A model generated the notes under the pieces. The model ran no database searches. It was not told the origin of the DNA and was given only the letters and a program-made list of their open reading frames with translations. Of a DNA stretch of 64,000 bases, positions 36,501 through 46,181 are shown piece after piece. Numbering within the stretch: the first letter of the stretch is position 1; each line of letters opens with the position of its first letter. Origin of the DNA: Naegleria gruberi (Eukaryota); the NCBI GenBank assembly GCA_000004985.1, contig GG738847.1. One strand, given 5' to 3'. The position numbers and the translations under genes were made by a program.

Positions 36501-36992
36501 CAAATCTCCACTCTTCAAAATATCCATTATGTTTTGGAAAGGTTGTTGTTTGCATTTAGTTGCAAGATCTTTTGCTGATCTTTTCACTAATTTAATACCA
36601 TTATCCAAATAACTACAGAAAACAATCATCAATTCTAAAGCATTTTTGTAAATCTGAACATTTTGATATCCACTTGAGGTATCAGTCAAGTTATAAATTT
36701 CTGAAACAGTAGAAGGAGATTGAGAAATTACATCCATGGCAGATACGTAAACTAGGGCACTTCTCAATGCGGCTAAACCATAACCTTGGAGGTTACCTTT
36801 CAGATGTGTAACTTCTTTTGCTAAAATGGCAATACCATTCATAGAAATAAATTCTTCAGAAAAAGTGGTATCTTGCAATGTTTCCTTCAATTGAAACAAT
36901 ATTTTACCCTTTTCAACTCTATCATCCGAGTCAAGAATATTGATATAGTCCCTAGATTTTAATTCAGGTCTTAGTTTTAAATAAGCAGACAT
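33583..36992 (-). CDS. formin (GBD/FH3 - coiled coil - FH1 - FH2 - DAD), with one 37-nt intron and an apparent frameshift in FH1
   Basis: N-terminal GBD/FH3 armadillo region. The FH1 region of about 250 aa has IPMPPGM(S/G)xVPPPPGS repeats. The FH2 core is KPKKKMKMFSWDKA...GNYLNGGTKKGQAEGFQLDILSKLEDTK. The C-terminal DAD is GEDAMAALVDKIKSDLKK. A 37-nt GTAAGT intron lies at about 34796..34760. The frame changes by one nucleotide near 35236-35245 between ORF 35172..36992 and ORF 34793..35239, with no intron signals. Confidence 0.8.
34860..35600. repeat. tandem coding repeat (FH1 poly-proline units of about 48 nt) inside the formin gene
   Basis: About 15 imperfect DNA repeats of the form ccaggaggcattgg...ggaggaggaacacc. 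The mirror-frame ORFs 34828..35118, 34864..35052 and 35161..35637 are repeat artefacts. Confidence 0.7.
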
Positions 36993-37023
36993 TTTCTACA
37001 ACAATAAATCACTAGGCTAACAA

Positions 37024-37278
37024 TTAAAAACAAACCTCTTTTCCCTTAAAAAAGTTCTTACTAAGAGTACTATCGCTAAAATAATATGTTCCGGTACTAG
37101 GATTATCAAATTGTAAAGAAAATTTATCCCTCTTAACGTTTTGTATTTCAAACAATCCACACACATTGTAAAATTGAGCTTGAAATTCAGCCTTATCATC
37201 AAATTGATAAGACTTTTCAATTTTCTTTAAACCATCCTCGAACACAACTGCCAGTTCAATCATGTTTAATATCCACAA
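37024..37278 (-). CDS. small hypothetical ORF (MIELAVVFEDGLKKIEK...), possibly a genuine small gene in the formin upstream region
   Basis: 84-aa ORF in the track with an internal ATG (MIELAV) and a plausible globular composition. No motif recognised. Confidence 0.2.
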   Translation of the reverse strand: MWILNMIELAVVFEDGLKKIEKSYQFDDKAEFQAQFYNVCGLFEIQNVKRDKFSLQFDNPSTGTYYFSDSTLSKNFFKGKEVCF

Positions 37279-37898
37279 AGCAGGTTTTTAATATTTTTTT
37301 TAAATGATAAAAATTAAGGTCGCACTCACTTTGTGCACCAGCTGTAATGGAGAGACATTGCCTCTTCTCACAAGAAAAAAGGCTTTTCGAAAATTGGTTT
37401 TTTACTTGGAGGAGGAGCTTGAGGTGCATTTGGACTGTTGATAGCTCCAAATGCGGTGATAAAAACACAGATAGCATCTTTCTCAGAAATAATAGCACAT
37501 AATGGGTTCGTCTTGATGCCCTTCCTTATTATCAGTAAAGACGATCTTCTAATATTGTCTTGCTTTCTAAAGAAGCATTGAGTATGCTGTGTGCCTGCTC
37601 CTTTCTTCTTGTTGACTTTCTTCTGTTTTACTCCATTAAATGAGTGAAAATACCAATTGAACTCAATAAATCATTCAATGAATGCTTCCTCATTCATTGA
37701 GTGTAAACGGATGAGATACGTTCTGTCAGTGTCTGAATGTGATAGAGGTGATTTTCTTTCAAAGAAATAATTGTGTTCACAAAAATAAATTTCAGATTAC
37801 AAAATAATAAAGTAAGATTAGTAAGATTAAAAAAGAGTCTTAATTGAACCAGAATTGAAAAACTAAAAAACTTTTTAAAATAAATTAATTTAAAAAAA

Positions 37899-39659
37899 AT
37901 GTCTTGGAGTGATATGGGTTTACCTCTCTCTTTCGGAGGAAAGAGAACACAATCCGGTACTGCAAAAAAATCAAACAATTCATCATCGGAAACAAAAAGT
38001 TTAATCACAATATCTAATACTAACGATTTAAATGGAAAAGCAATTTCAAAGAATTTAAAATCAAATCAAGAGGAAAAGAAGCCTATGGTTGTTAGTCAAG
38101 TTAGACATTTCGAAGATTTGGAAGAGGATACAAGTGATAATGATGATTTTTCTTCTGGTAATGATTTTGAAAAGATTCCACTGTCACAAACTGCAAAGAT
38201 GAAAGGACATAGAAAAGCAGTAACTGCTATAGCAATTGATACAAGTGGATCTAGATTAATTTCTGGTTCAAGTGATTATACACTCAAATTTTGGGACTTC
38301 CAAGGTATGGATGAATCACTTCAGTCGTACAAGGAAATTGATGAAATAACTGAGAGTGCTTCTTATGCGATTAAGCATTTATCATTTAGTAATAGTGGTG
38401 ACAAATTCATATTATCAGACAATTCGTTACAAGCAATTTTATATGATAGAGATGGTGGTCAACTAGGTAAATTCAAAAAGGGTGATACTTATATTGTGGA
38501 CATGACAAAAACCAATGGACATACAGCTTCTTGGACAGGTGTTCAGTGGAATCCTGATCAATCCAATAGACATGTCATTTCTAGTTCTATGGATACCACT
38601 GTCAGAGTGTGGGATATGGAAACTTTCACAACAAAGCAAATTACTGTATTCAAAGCAAGAAATAGTAAGGGACTCAAAACCCCTGTAACTTCATGTTGTT
38701 ACAGCAATGATGGAAAATTAATTACTGCTGGATGCTTGGATGGATCAATACAAATTTGGAAAAATAATGGCAACCCAAACAAGTGTGACATGAGTTTTAG
38801 AGAAAAGGATGAAAGAGGATCTAGAATAACTAGTATTGTTTTCCATAATGATGATCAAACACTTGTAACAAGAGATGAGGACAATTTGAAAATATTTGAT
38901 ATCAGAAACTTTAATTCTCCCATTTCAGTTCTTGATAATCTGCCAAATCTTTTGGAAAATTCAAATTGTGTCTTTTCTCCTCTCAACGATATTGTTGTCA
39001 CAGTTGTGAGTAGCATATCACCACAGGATAAGGGATCCATTGTATTTTATGATTGGAAGAATGATAAAGTTGTAGATACTGTACATATGAATGATGGAAT
39101 TAGTCCAGTGCAAGTGAGATGGCATCCAATTATTAATCAAATATTTGTTGCTGGCACAGATAGTTCTATCACTGGATTTTATGATAAAGAAGTGAGCTTG
39201 AGAGGATTGGTTACAAGTACATCAAAAACATTCAAGAAGAAGAATATTGATCAAGCCGAAATGGTACAGCCACAAATTATTGCACCTTATGCACTTTCAC
39301 AGAATAAGGAACCAAAAAAGAAGGGAAGAAAAGATCCTGTTAGCTCTCAAAAACCAAAAGATCCACCTCCAAAAGGTCCTGGATTTGGTGGTAGAATTAA
39401 TGACAGCTTTACTCATTTCTTAATGAAAGGAATGGGTGCCATTAATCAATTTAATGAACATGAAAATGCTCGTGATGCCATTCTGAAACATGCAGCAGAG
39501 GCAGAGAAAAATCCACTATTTATTTCACCAGCATACTCCAAAACTCAACCAAATGCAATCTTTGATTATGGTGAAGATGACGAAAGTGAAGAAGATCAAG
39601 AGCAACCACAAGATGAAAATGATCCAGAAAGTAGATTCAAAAAGAGAAAACTAGATTAA
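37899..39659 (+). CDS. WDR70: WD repeat-containing protein 70 ortholog
   Basis: Collinear with human WDR70: MKGHRKAVTAIAIDTSGSRLISGSSDYTLKFWDFQGMDESL, GDTYIVDMTKTNGHTA, CLDGSIQIW, NLKIFDIRNF, and C-terminal GPGFGG...HAAEAEKNPLFISPAYSKTQP...RFKKRKL. Confidence 0.85.
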   Translation: MSWSDMGLPLSFGGKRTQSGTAKKSNNSSSETKSLITISNTNDLNGKAISKNLKSNQEEKKPMVVSQVRHFEDLEEDTSDNDDFSSGNDFEKIPLSQTAKMKGHRKAVTAIAIDTSGSRLISGSSDYTLKFWDFQGMDESLQSYKEIDEITESASYAIKHLSFSNSGDKFILSDNSLQAILYDRDGGQLGKFKKGDTYIVDMTKTNGHTASWTGVQWNPDQSNRHVISSSMDTTVRVWDMETFTTKQITVFKARNSKGLKTPVTSCCYSNDGKLITAGCLDGSIQIWKNNGNPNKCDMSFREKDERGSRITSIVFHNDDQTLVTRDEDNLKIFDIRNFNSPISVLDNLPNLLENSNCVFSPLNDIVVTVVSSISPQDKGSIVFYDWKNDKVVDTVHMNDGISPVQVRWHPIINQIFVAGTDSSITGFYDKEVSLRGLVTSTSKTFKKKNIDQAEMVQPQIIAPYALSQNKEPKKKGRKDPVSSQKPKDPPPKGPGFGGRINDSFTHFLMKGMGAINQFNEHENARDAILKHAAEAEKNPLFISPAYSKTQPNAIFDYGEDDESEEDQEQPQDENDPESRFKKRKLD

Positions 39660-39784
39660 ATCTCCCTCTGTCCTTCATCATGGCGACCATTATTAAGATA
39701 TTAAGATCTAAGGAAGGATAAAATTAAAGTACTCTTTAGTCCAAAATAAAATCTATTAGATTTTTATGGCAAGATATCTTCAAA

Positions 39785-41065
39785 TTATTTCTTCAATTGT
39801 TCAAGTCTTTGAATTTCTTCCAAGTTTCTCTTTAGTTCATTCTTCAACTGTTCTCTGAGTGGTTCAATACATGATTCTACCAGACAAACCATACTGGCAT
39901 TGAAAAGGCCAGAATTATAGGCTGTTGTAAACATATCATTTGGATCACAATTTGATTTAGCCTTTTCAAATTCCTCAGTTTCCTCCTCTGTAATTAACTG
40001 TTGTATTTGAATTATTCTTTCCATAGAACGCTTAGGATAAGAACCATTCTCGATGACTTCTATTGGAACATCCATGGCAATTGTTCCTTCAGCCATATTT
40101 AAAACATCTAGATCAGAAATATCCATACTGTTATTTCCTCGTCTCAGATCCTCAATAAGCTTGATACTTTGTTCATCAATTCCAGCCTGTTGAGATTGAA
40201 ATGCATATAATTTAATACTTCCAGTACTCGATTTGTCATTATTAAATACAGAGAAAATTAATCCAACAAATCCACTATCCATTTGTTGATATTGAGATTG
40301 GCAACTCAAATCTATTGGACTATTAAAGATTAATCACTATTTTAACATTAATAATACAAACCTTGGTAAATGAATGAATTGTGGATGAGAGTGATACCAT
40401 CCAATAACTCTAGTGGGTATTCCATCTTCAGTGCTCAATTTTTCAGCCATTGAAGCTGCATTTACCAATTGTTCTGGAGAAATTTCAACTCTATCTCTTC
40501 TCTTATCCACTCTCCTCAGTGGACAACAATCCCATATTGTTGAAACTCCAGTACTTTCATTAATATATCCTATCAAAAGTCCCATAATTTCCTCTTCACT
40601 TGTTGTCAATGCATGAGTTAAACAGGAATGATAACAGTCCTTAGTAATCCGAACCATCCTCAACGAAGGTTGATTACTTTTGTGTTGATTAACATTAAAG
40701 TGACTATTAATCGTTAAATTAGGTGATGGAGTTGATAATGATCGTGGTGTCTTTACTCCAGTATTTACATTGGAAACAGATAGAGTTTCATGTGGTGTTG
40801 ATGATCCTCCACTTTGAATATTACCAGAAACTGATGATAATTGTTGTTGTATTGTATTGCTACTATTATTATTAATATTATCAGTATTCATCAATCCATT
40901 CGTCGTTGGTGTTGATCGTTCCGAACTTAATGGTTGTTGCTGTTGTTGTTGTATTTGTTGCTGGGAGGAAGATGATTGTTGAGTTAATCCTCCATTATTA
41001 GCATTAATAGCCTCCAAAACTTCATAGGGATTGTAATTTACATTGGGAGAAGTAGAATTGGACAT
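39785..41065 (-). CDS. BRCC3: BRCC36-type JAMM/MPN+ Lys63-specific deubiquitinase, 2 exons
   Basis: Exons are approximately 41065..40362 and 40319..39785, with a 42-nt GTTTGT intron. Matches to human BRCC36: CLTHALTTSEEEIMGLLIG, RRVDKRRDRVEISPEQL, the JAMM motif VIGWYHSHPQ, and after splicing SQYQQMDSGFVGLIFSVF. It has a poly-Q/N N-terminal extension. Confidence 0.85.
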
Positions 41066-41229
41066 TTTTATTTGATTATTTATTAAATTATTATTAAATT
41101 ATAATATTAAATTGTAAAATGATGACTGGTCAATTCATTGGTCAATTGAGAGAACTATATTAATTGGTGGTTCTTTCGAATTTAATTCTCTTTTACTCTA
41201 TGAATTAATATGATTAATATATTAAAAAA

Positions 41230-42855
41230 ATGTTTAAAAGTCTTCTTGTACATCAACCACATTCCAAAACTAATTTATTAAAATTATGTAAATATAATTT
41301 ATCATCACCATCTTTTAAAAGTGGAGGAGGAGGAATTTTATCAATCGGAACATCTACTGGTAGTAATAATGTTCTTTCGAATTCTTCTATGAATAATGAT
41401 ATGAGACATTATTCTTCTATTACTATTGATCCGATTCCTTTTACTTATCAACCACAACCATCATCACATGGACATTTAATGAAGGAAAATGAAATTGTGC
41501 CAGGATTTACATTGAAAGATTTTGAGGAAAGATTGAATAATTTATTGAGTATTATGGATGATAATTCTCTTTTCATTTTGGGATCTAAGAAGGAATCCTA
41601 TATGAGTCCAAATGTAAAATATCCATATAGACAGGATTCAAATTTCTATTATTTATGTGGAGTGAGTGAACCAGAGTGTTATCTTGTTATTAGAAAGAAT
41701 AATGAATCCTCACAGATAAAGCATGAAATTACTCTCTATGTAAGGGAGAAGAGTAAGAGAGAATTCTTTCATGGAGTTGTTAATGGAGTGGAATCTCTTC
41801 AGAAATTATTTGGTAATTTAATTGAAGTGAAACCTGTCAAGGGTTTTTTGAGAGATTTACAAGGTCATGTTAGAAATTACAATATTATTTATCATGACCC
41901 TGATTTTGATGAAGGATTGAGTGATTTTATTGTAAAATCTGGAGGTGGAATTGAAGAATTCAGAGGAGAAAAGCAAAGGAAGAAGGTTATTTATCCAGAT
42001 TCATTGGTATCCATGTTGAGATCTAGAAAGAGTGCCTCTGAAATTGCTCATATTAAGAAATGTGCCTCTATTAGTGCTCAAGCATTTACAGAATTGATGA
42101 AAAAGATTAGACCTGGAATGTCAGAAGCTCATGTTGAAGCAATTTTAGAATTTGAATGTAGAATTAGAGGAGCTCAAAGATTGGCCTATCCTCCAGTGAT
42201 TGGTTCTGGTGACAGAGCTAACATTATTCACTATTTAACCAATAATCATTTGACTCAAGATGGTGATTTGATTAGAATTGATGCAGCAGCTGAATATTAT
42301 GGATATATGAATGATATTACTAGAACATTCCCAGTGAATGGTAAATTCACTGCTCCTCAAAGAAAGGTATATGAAGCTGTTTTAGACATTCAAAAGAAGT
42401 GCATTGAATATCTCAAGAAGCATACTACAGAAACCATCACTGTTCATTCCTATCATGACTATTCATATAGATTAATTATTGAATCACTGAGTCAACATTT
42501 TAACATTTCCAAGAGTAAGAATGAATTGTGTCAATTGGCTGACTCTGTTGTCTATCCACACATGGTTGGTCATCCAACAGGAATGTGGATTCATGAAGAT
42601 ATTCCAACAAGGGATGATAAATTGGGTCCAGGAATGATCATTACTTGTGAACCTGGTATTTACTTTTCCAATCAAGTGAAGGAGTACATTCCAAACTCTC
42701 TATTGCATGGTATTGGTGTACAAATAGAAGATGATATTCTATTAACGGAAGATGGTATAGAAGTTTTAAGTCATGAAACTCCAAAGGAAGTGGAAGAAAT
42801 TGAAGAAATTATGGCAAGAGGAAGAGCACAACATCCAATGTATTTTAGTTTTTAA
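41230..42855 (+). CDS. XPNPEP3: Xaa-Pro aminopeptidase, M24B family (XPNPEP3/Icp55-like, probably mitochondrial)
   Basis: Metal-binding block HYLTNNHLTQDGDLIRIDAAAEYYGYMNDITRTFP. Also HPTGMWIHED and GMIITCEPGIYF...HGIGVQIEDDILLTEDG. The N-terminal presequence-like stretch is MFKSLLVHQPHSKTNLLKL. Confidence 0.8.
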   Translation: MFKSLLVHQPHSKTNLLKLCKYNLSSPSFKSGGGGILSIGTSTGSNNVLSNSSMNNDMRHYSSITIDPIPFTYQPQPSSHGHLMKENEIVPGFTLKDFEERLNNLLSIMDDNSLFILGSKKESYMSPNVKYPYRQDSNFYYLCGVSEPECYLVIRKNNESSQIKHEITLYVREKSKREFFHGVVNGVESLQKLFGNLIEVKPVKGFLRDLQGHVRNYNIIYHDPDFDEGLSDFIVKSGGGIEEFRGEKQRKKVIYPDSLVSMLRSRKSASEIAHIKKCASISAQAFTELMKKIRPGMSEAHVEAILEFECRIRGAQRLAYPPVIGSGDRANIIHYLTNNHLTQDGDLIRIDAAAEYYGYMNDITRTFPVNGKFTAPQRKVYEAVLDIQKKCIEYLKKHTTETITVHSYHDYSYRLIIESLSQHFNISKSKNELCQLADSVVYPHMVGHPTGMWIHEDIPTRDDKLGPGMIITCEPGIYFSNQVKEYIPNSLLHGIGVQIEDDILLTEDGIEVLSHETPKEVEEIEEIMARGRAQHPMYFSF

Positions 42856-43015
42856 TTGTTAAATTGTTATTACTCTGACATTAAAGATATGAAGCTAAGC
42901 ACCAAGCTGTTTGTTTTGTTTTGTCTCTCTAAAAACTGTTGTTGTAAAATACCAAAATGCCAGTCATCCATAAATTATTTTAAAAATTTGTTGAAAAAAA
43001 ATCCATAACATCATC

Positions 43016-43507
43016 ATGCCTCCAGCACAAAAGACCGTTGTTAAGAAGGAAATCGCCGAACCAAAGATCGTCGAAAAGAAGAGAGAACAAGCCAAGAAGA
43101 ACGTCGCCAAGATTACCAAGAGAGGTAAGGGCGTTAGAGCTCACAAGGTTTGGACTTCAGTCACCTTCAAGAGACCACACACTCTTAGATTGGCCAAGAA
43201 GCCAAAGTATGTTAGAAAGTCTATCCCAGCTACTAACGACATGGATACCTATCAAATTCTCCAATATCCACCAACTCTCCAAAATCCAAAGGTTACCAAG
43301 GCTATTGAAGATAACAACACTGTTGCTTTTGTTGTTGATTTGAAATCTAACAAGAAGTCCATCAAGAAGGCTTTCGAAGAATTGAGCAAGGTTAAGGTCC
43401 AAAGCATTAGAACCCAAATCACCGCCAAGGGTAAGAAGTTGGCTTGGATTAAGCTTCCATCGAACGTTGAAGCCATCGATGTCACATCTCAATTGGGTAT
43501 GCTCTAA
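43016..43507 (+). CDS. RPL23A: 60S ribosomal protein L23a (uL23)
   Basis: Lys-rich N-terminus, then HTLRLAKKPKYVRKS...NTVAFVVDLKSNKKSIKKAFEELSKVKVQSIRT...LPSNVEAIDVTSQLG. Overlapping ORFs on both strands are artefacts. Confidence 0.9.
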   Translation: MPPAQKTVVKKEIAEPKIVEKKREQAKKNVAKITKRGKGVRAHKVWTSVTFKRPHTLRLAKKPKYVRKSIPATNDMDTYQILQYPPTLQNPKVTKAIEDNNTVAFVVDLKSNKKSIKKAFEELSKVKVQSIRTQITAKGKKLAWIKLPSNVEAIDVTSQLGML

Positions 43508-43628
43508 ATCTTCCATAAAAACAAAAATTAATTTCAAAAAAAGTTTTTAATTTTATTTAATAGTATTCCTGAAATTGTTTGAAGCTAATATAAACTATCT
43601 AATGTAGATTTAGCAATATAATTTAAAA

Positions 43629-44120
43629 TTACAGGTTATATTTATTCCGATAGGCAAGAATCACTTTGCTGTACTTGGTAAATTTCAAATATTTAAAGTA
43701 GTAAATCTTACCACCAAAAAGTTGAATGGATTTGGTGTTGGATCTCAATTCTTTGTCGTCAGACGTGCTGTCGTACACTATATGAAGGGAATCAATACTT
43801 GTTCCACAAAATAATTTTCCATGACCTGTTATTCTTTCAATTGTGATATTATCCTTCTTTTGAATTTTCCAACTTGTGGAGTCTGAAATGGTTTTAGTTT
43901 TTAAATCACCAAATAATACAATTTGATCCACACTAATATCATTGATATCAGGGTTAGAGCTGCAATGTCTCAATTCTGATGGCGAATCAAGAAATTCGTC
44001 AATAATACTTGTACTCAAAGGAGAGTCGCTTTTAACACTTATTTCACTCAGGTCATCGTCATCATCAAAGAAATATGATTTATTGGATAAATAGGATTGT
44101 GAGGATGGTGAGTTTATCAT
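43629..44120 (-). CDS. hypothetical acidic protein of 163 aa
   Basis: ORF in the track with a D/S-rich N-terminus. No recognised motif. Confidence 0.3.
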   Translation of the reverse strand: MINSPSSQSYLSNKSYFFDDDDDLSEISVKSDSPLSTSIIDEFLDSPSELRHCSSNPDINDISVDQIVLFGDLKTKTISDSTSWKIQKKDNITIERITGHGKLFCGTSIDSLHIVYDSTSDDKELRSNTKSIQLFGGKIYYFKYLKFTKYSKVILAYRNKYNL

Positions 44121-44391
44121 TTGTTTTCTGGAATGTGTTGTGATTCTTACTTGCCAGCTATTGAGTTATTGCGCATCATTACAGTCATGCATCATGGACA
44201 GAAAAAACTATCAACTTTCCTTAATGAACCGTCTGGCCCTTCCTCCCAATAATGGATGCTTATTGCATAAATTGAAGCATTCCAAAGTCCATTTAAAGAG
44301 TAAAAGAGCACAATTCGCAGAAAAAATAGTTCACACCCCACGAACAAACTCAGTTCATTAGAACCATTGCTCATAAATTTCATAATCCAAA

Positions 44392-45432
44392 TCAATGCTT
44401 ACTCTTCTTTGTACCACTCTTAGCTTGTGATGACTCTTTGAGTTTACGCTTGTTTGCTGAATTTGAATCAGATTCTCTCATGTAGGAGTCGACATAAATG
44501 ACTGGATCATCAAAGTCCAGTTTCTTCATGGTTTCCTTAAATTTGTTGGTCATCTTTGATTTTCCATGCAAAAATGGCCAATACCAATGATAACACAAAG
44601 TATTGTAAACTCTCTCAGCATTCAATTCTGGTGGTATTTGATCTTGTTCGACACTAATAAAGTGATTCATAATTTCAAACGTTTCCACTCTCGTTCCCTC
44701 TGTATAACACTCCTCCGAATAGAAAATCAAATTGTCAAATACTGAAACACTCTCATCAAAGTGAGTAGTTCCTTCGAAATGTTGGTAAGTACCACAAAAT
44801 AAAAACTGTAAGGGATAACCAAATCCCATGTAGATAGTGGCCTCAATTTCATATCCTCCTATCTTTGCAGTTAATTCAGGTTTTAACTTCTCAATGGAAT
44901 GGACAAAGATTTGCTTACATTCACCTCCTTTCCAGAATTGTGAGACATCTTTAATTTCATAAGTAGTGCCACCATCATTAATAATCAAGTCACAATTATA
45001 ATATTGTGAACATAATTTTTCACGAATTTCAACAGCCATGGTTATTTTGGAGATGGTGTCTTCAATTTCCTTGGCATATGTAGTGTCATTTGCACAAAAC
45101 TTTGAAACTAAACTTGTCAAATTTCTCTTTGGAATTAAACTATTACTGACGAACTCTTTAAAAAGTGACTGCATTGATTCATAGTTTTTCAACAATCTAT
45201 TATCAGAAACCTTTCCATTAACCATATTTTCTAAAAGACCAACTTGTTCACTAGTTAGGTTTAAAACATTGGCCATATAAAGTCTTGCGAAATGTTCGGA
45301 AGAGAATACTGTAGAAAATGTTCTACTAATCAGTGGTGGTTCATTTCTCAACCAATCAACCACATTGGAAAAGGAGAGGATTTTCTCTACTATCAATTCT
45401 TGACCAAAAACTGGATGGGAACTTGGATGCAT
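44392..45432 (-). CDS. hypothetical protein with an F-box-like N-terminus
   Basis: First ATG is at about 45432 (MHPSSHPVFGQELIVEKILSFSNVVDWL). The longer N-terminus in the track uses a non-ATG start. The rest is unassigned. Confidence 0.4.
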   Translation of the reverse strand: MHPSSHPVFGQELIVEKILSFSNVVDWLRNEPPLISRTFSTVFSSEHFARLYMANVLNLTSEQVGLLENMVNGKVSDNRLLKNYESMQSLFKEFVSNSLIPKRNLTSLVSKFCANDTTYAKEIEDTISKITMAVEIREKLCSQYYNCDLIINDGGTTYEIKDVSQFWKGGECKQIFVHSIEKLKPELTAKIGGYEIEATIYMGFGYPLQFLFCGTYQHFEGTTHFDESVSVFDNLIFYSEECYTEGTRVETFEIMNHFISVEQDQIPPELNAERVYNTLCYHWYWPFLHGKSKMTNKFKETMKKLDFDDPVIYVDSYMRESDSNSANKRKLKESSQAKSGTKKSKH

Positions 45433-45534
45433 TTTTTTGTTTTGGAAATGAAAGTTCAACTTGGTAAAAACTTTTACCTTAGCACATCGGTTGACACACA
45501 TACTAAATATTTCATCTTACTTCAACCACGGTAA

Positions 45535-45607
45535 TCCCCCTTAGCTCAGTCGGTAGAGCGTCAGACTGTTAATCTGCAGGTCGGTGGTTCGAGCCCACCA
45601 GGGGGAG
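45535..45607 (+). tRNA. tRNA-Asn (anticodon GTT)
   Basis: Acceptor stem TCCCCCT/AGGGGGA. D-arm GCTCAGTCGGTAGAGC. Anticodon loop CTGTTAA. T-arm GGTGG-TTCGAGC-CCACC. Discriminator G. A downstream T-run GTTTTTG follows. Confidence 0.9.
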
Positions 45608-45667
45608 AAGTGTTTTTGTAGCAATATTGTTGAATACACAAGTTTTGTTATTTTTAAAATTAAAAAA

Positions 45668-46071
45668 ATGTCCACAACAAATACTGAAAATACCATTCCT
45701 ATCATTCAACCACTTGGTAGGTTAATTATTCAACAATAGATTTGGAATATAATCGGAATAGAATTAATTGATAAGTGTATCGGATCTTCAATTTTTGTAT
45801 TGATGAAGGATGATAAGGAGCTTGTCGGAACTTTGAGAGGATTTGATGATTATATTAGTATGTAATTATAAATAATTATTGAATAATTAATTCATGAAAA
45901 ATAGATATGATTTTGGATAATGTGACTGAATATTCATATAGTGAAGATGGATCGTCTAGGACTGAAAGTAAATTACCTTCCATTATTTTGAACGGAAATA
46001 ATGTTGCTATTCTTGCTCCAGGCTTGAGTGAACCTCCAAAACATGAAATTAATCAAGATTGTAGATTTTAA
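45668..46071 (+). CDS. LSM5: U6 snRNA-associated Sm-like protein LSm5, 3 micro-exons (absent from the ORF track)
   Basis: Exons are approximately 45668..45716, 45762..45857 and 45905..46071, with 45- and 47-nt GTAGGT/GTATGT introns. The spliced product is [88 protein letters not shown]... It is collinear with human LSM5 ([45 protein letters not shown]...ILLNGNNITMLVPG). Confidence 0.7.
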
Positions 46072-46181
46072 ATTATTATTATTGAACCTGTAGAAAACTA
46101 AAAGTAAAACTAGATTTAAATTGCTCATTCTTTTTGTGAATTTTACAATATTCTAATAGAGTTAATTGTAAGAAACTTTAT

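Noticed and set aside
37256-37498. ORF MLLFLRKMLSVFLSPHLELSTVQMHLKLLL... upstream of the formin
   Set aside because: It has an odd composition with no start context. The opposite frame has a better-looking open stretch. It is probably non-coding promoter sequence.
37694-38008. 104-aa ORF on the minus strand
   Set aside because: It is antisense to the 5' end of WDR70 and runs through its promoter. It is a low-complexity artefact.
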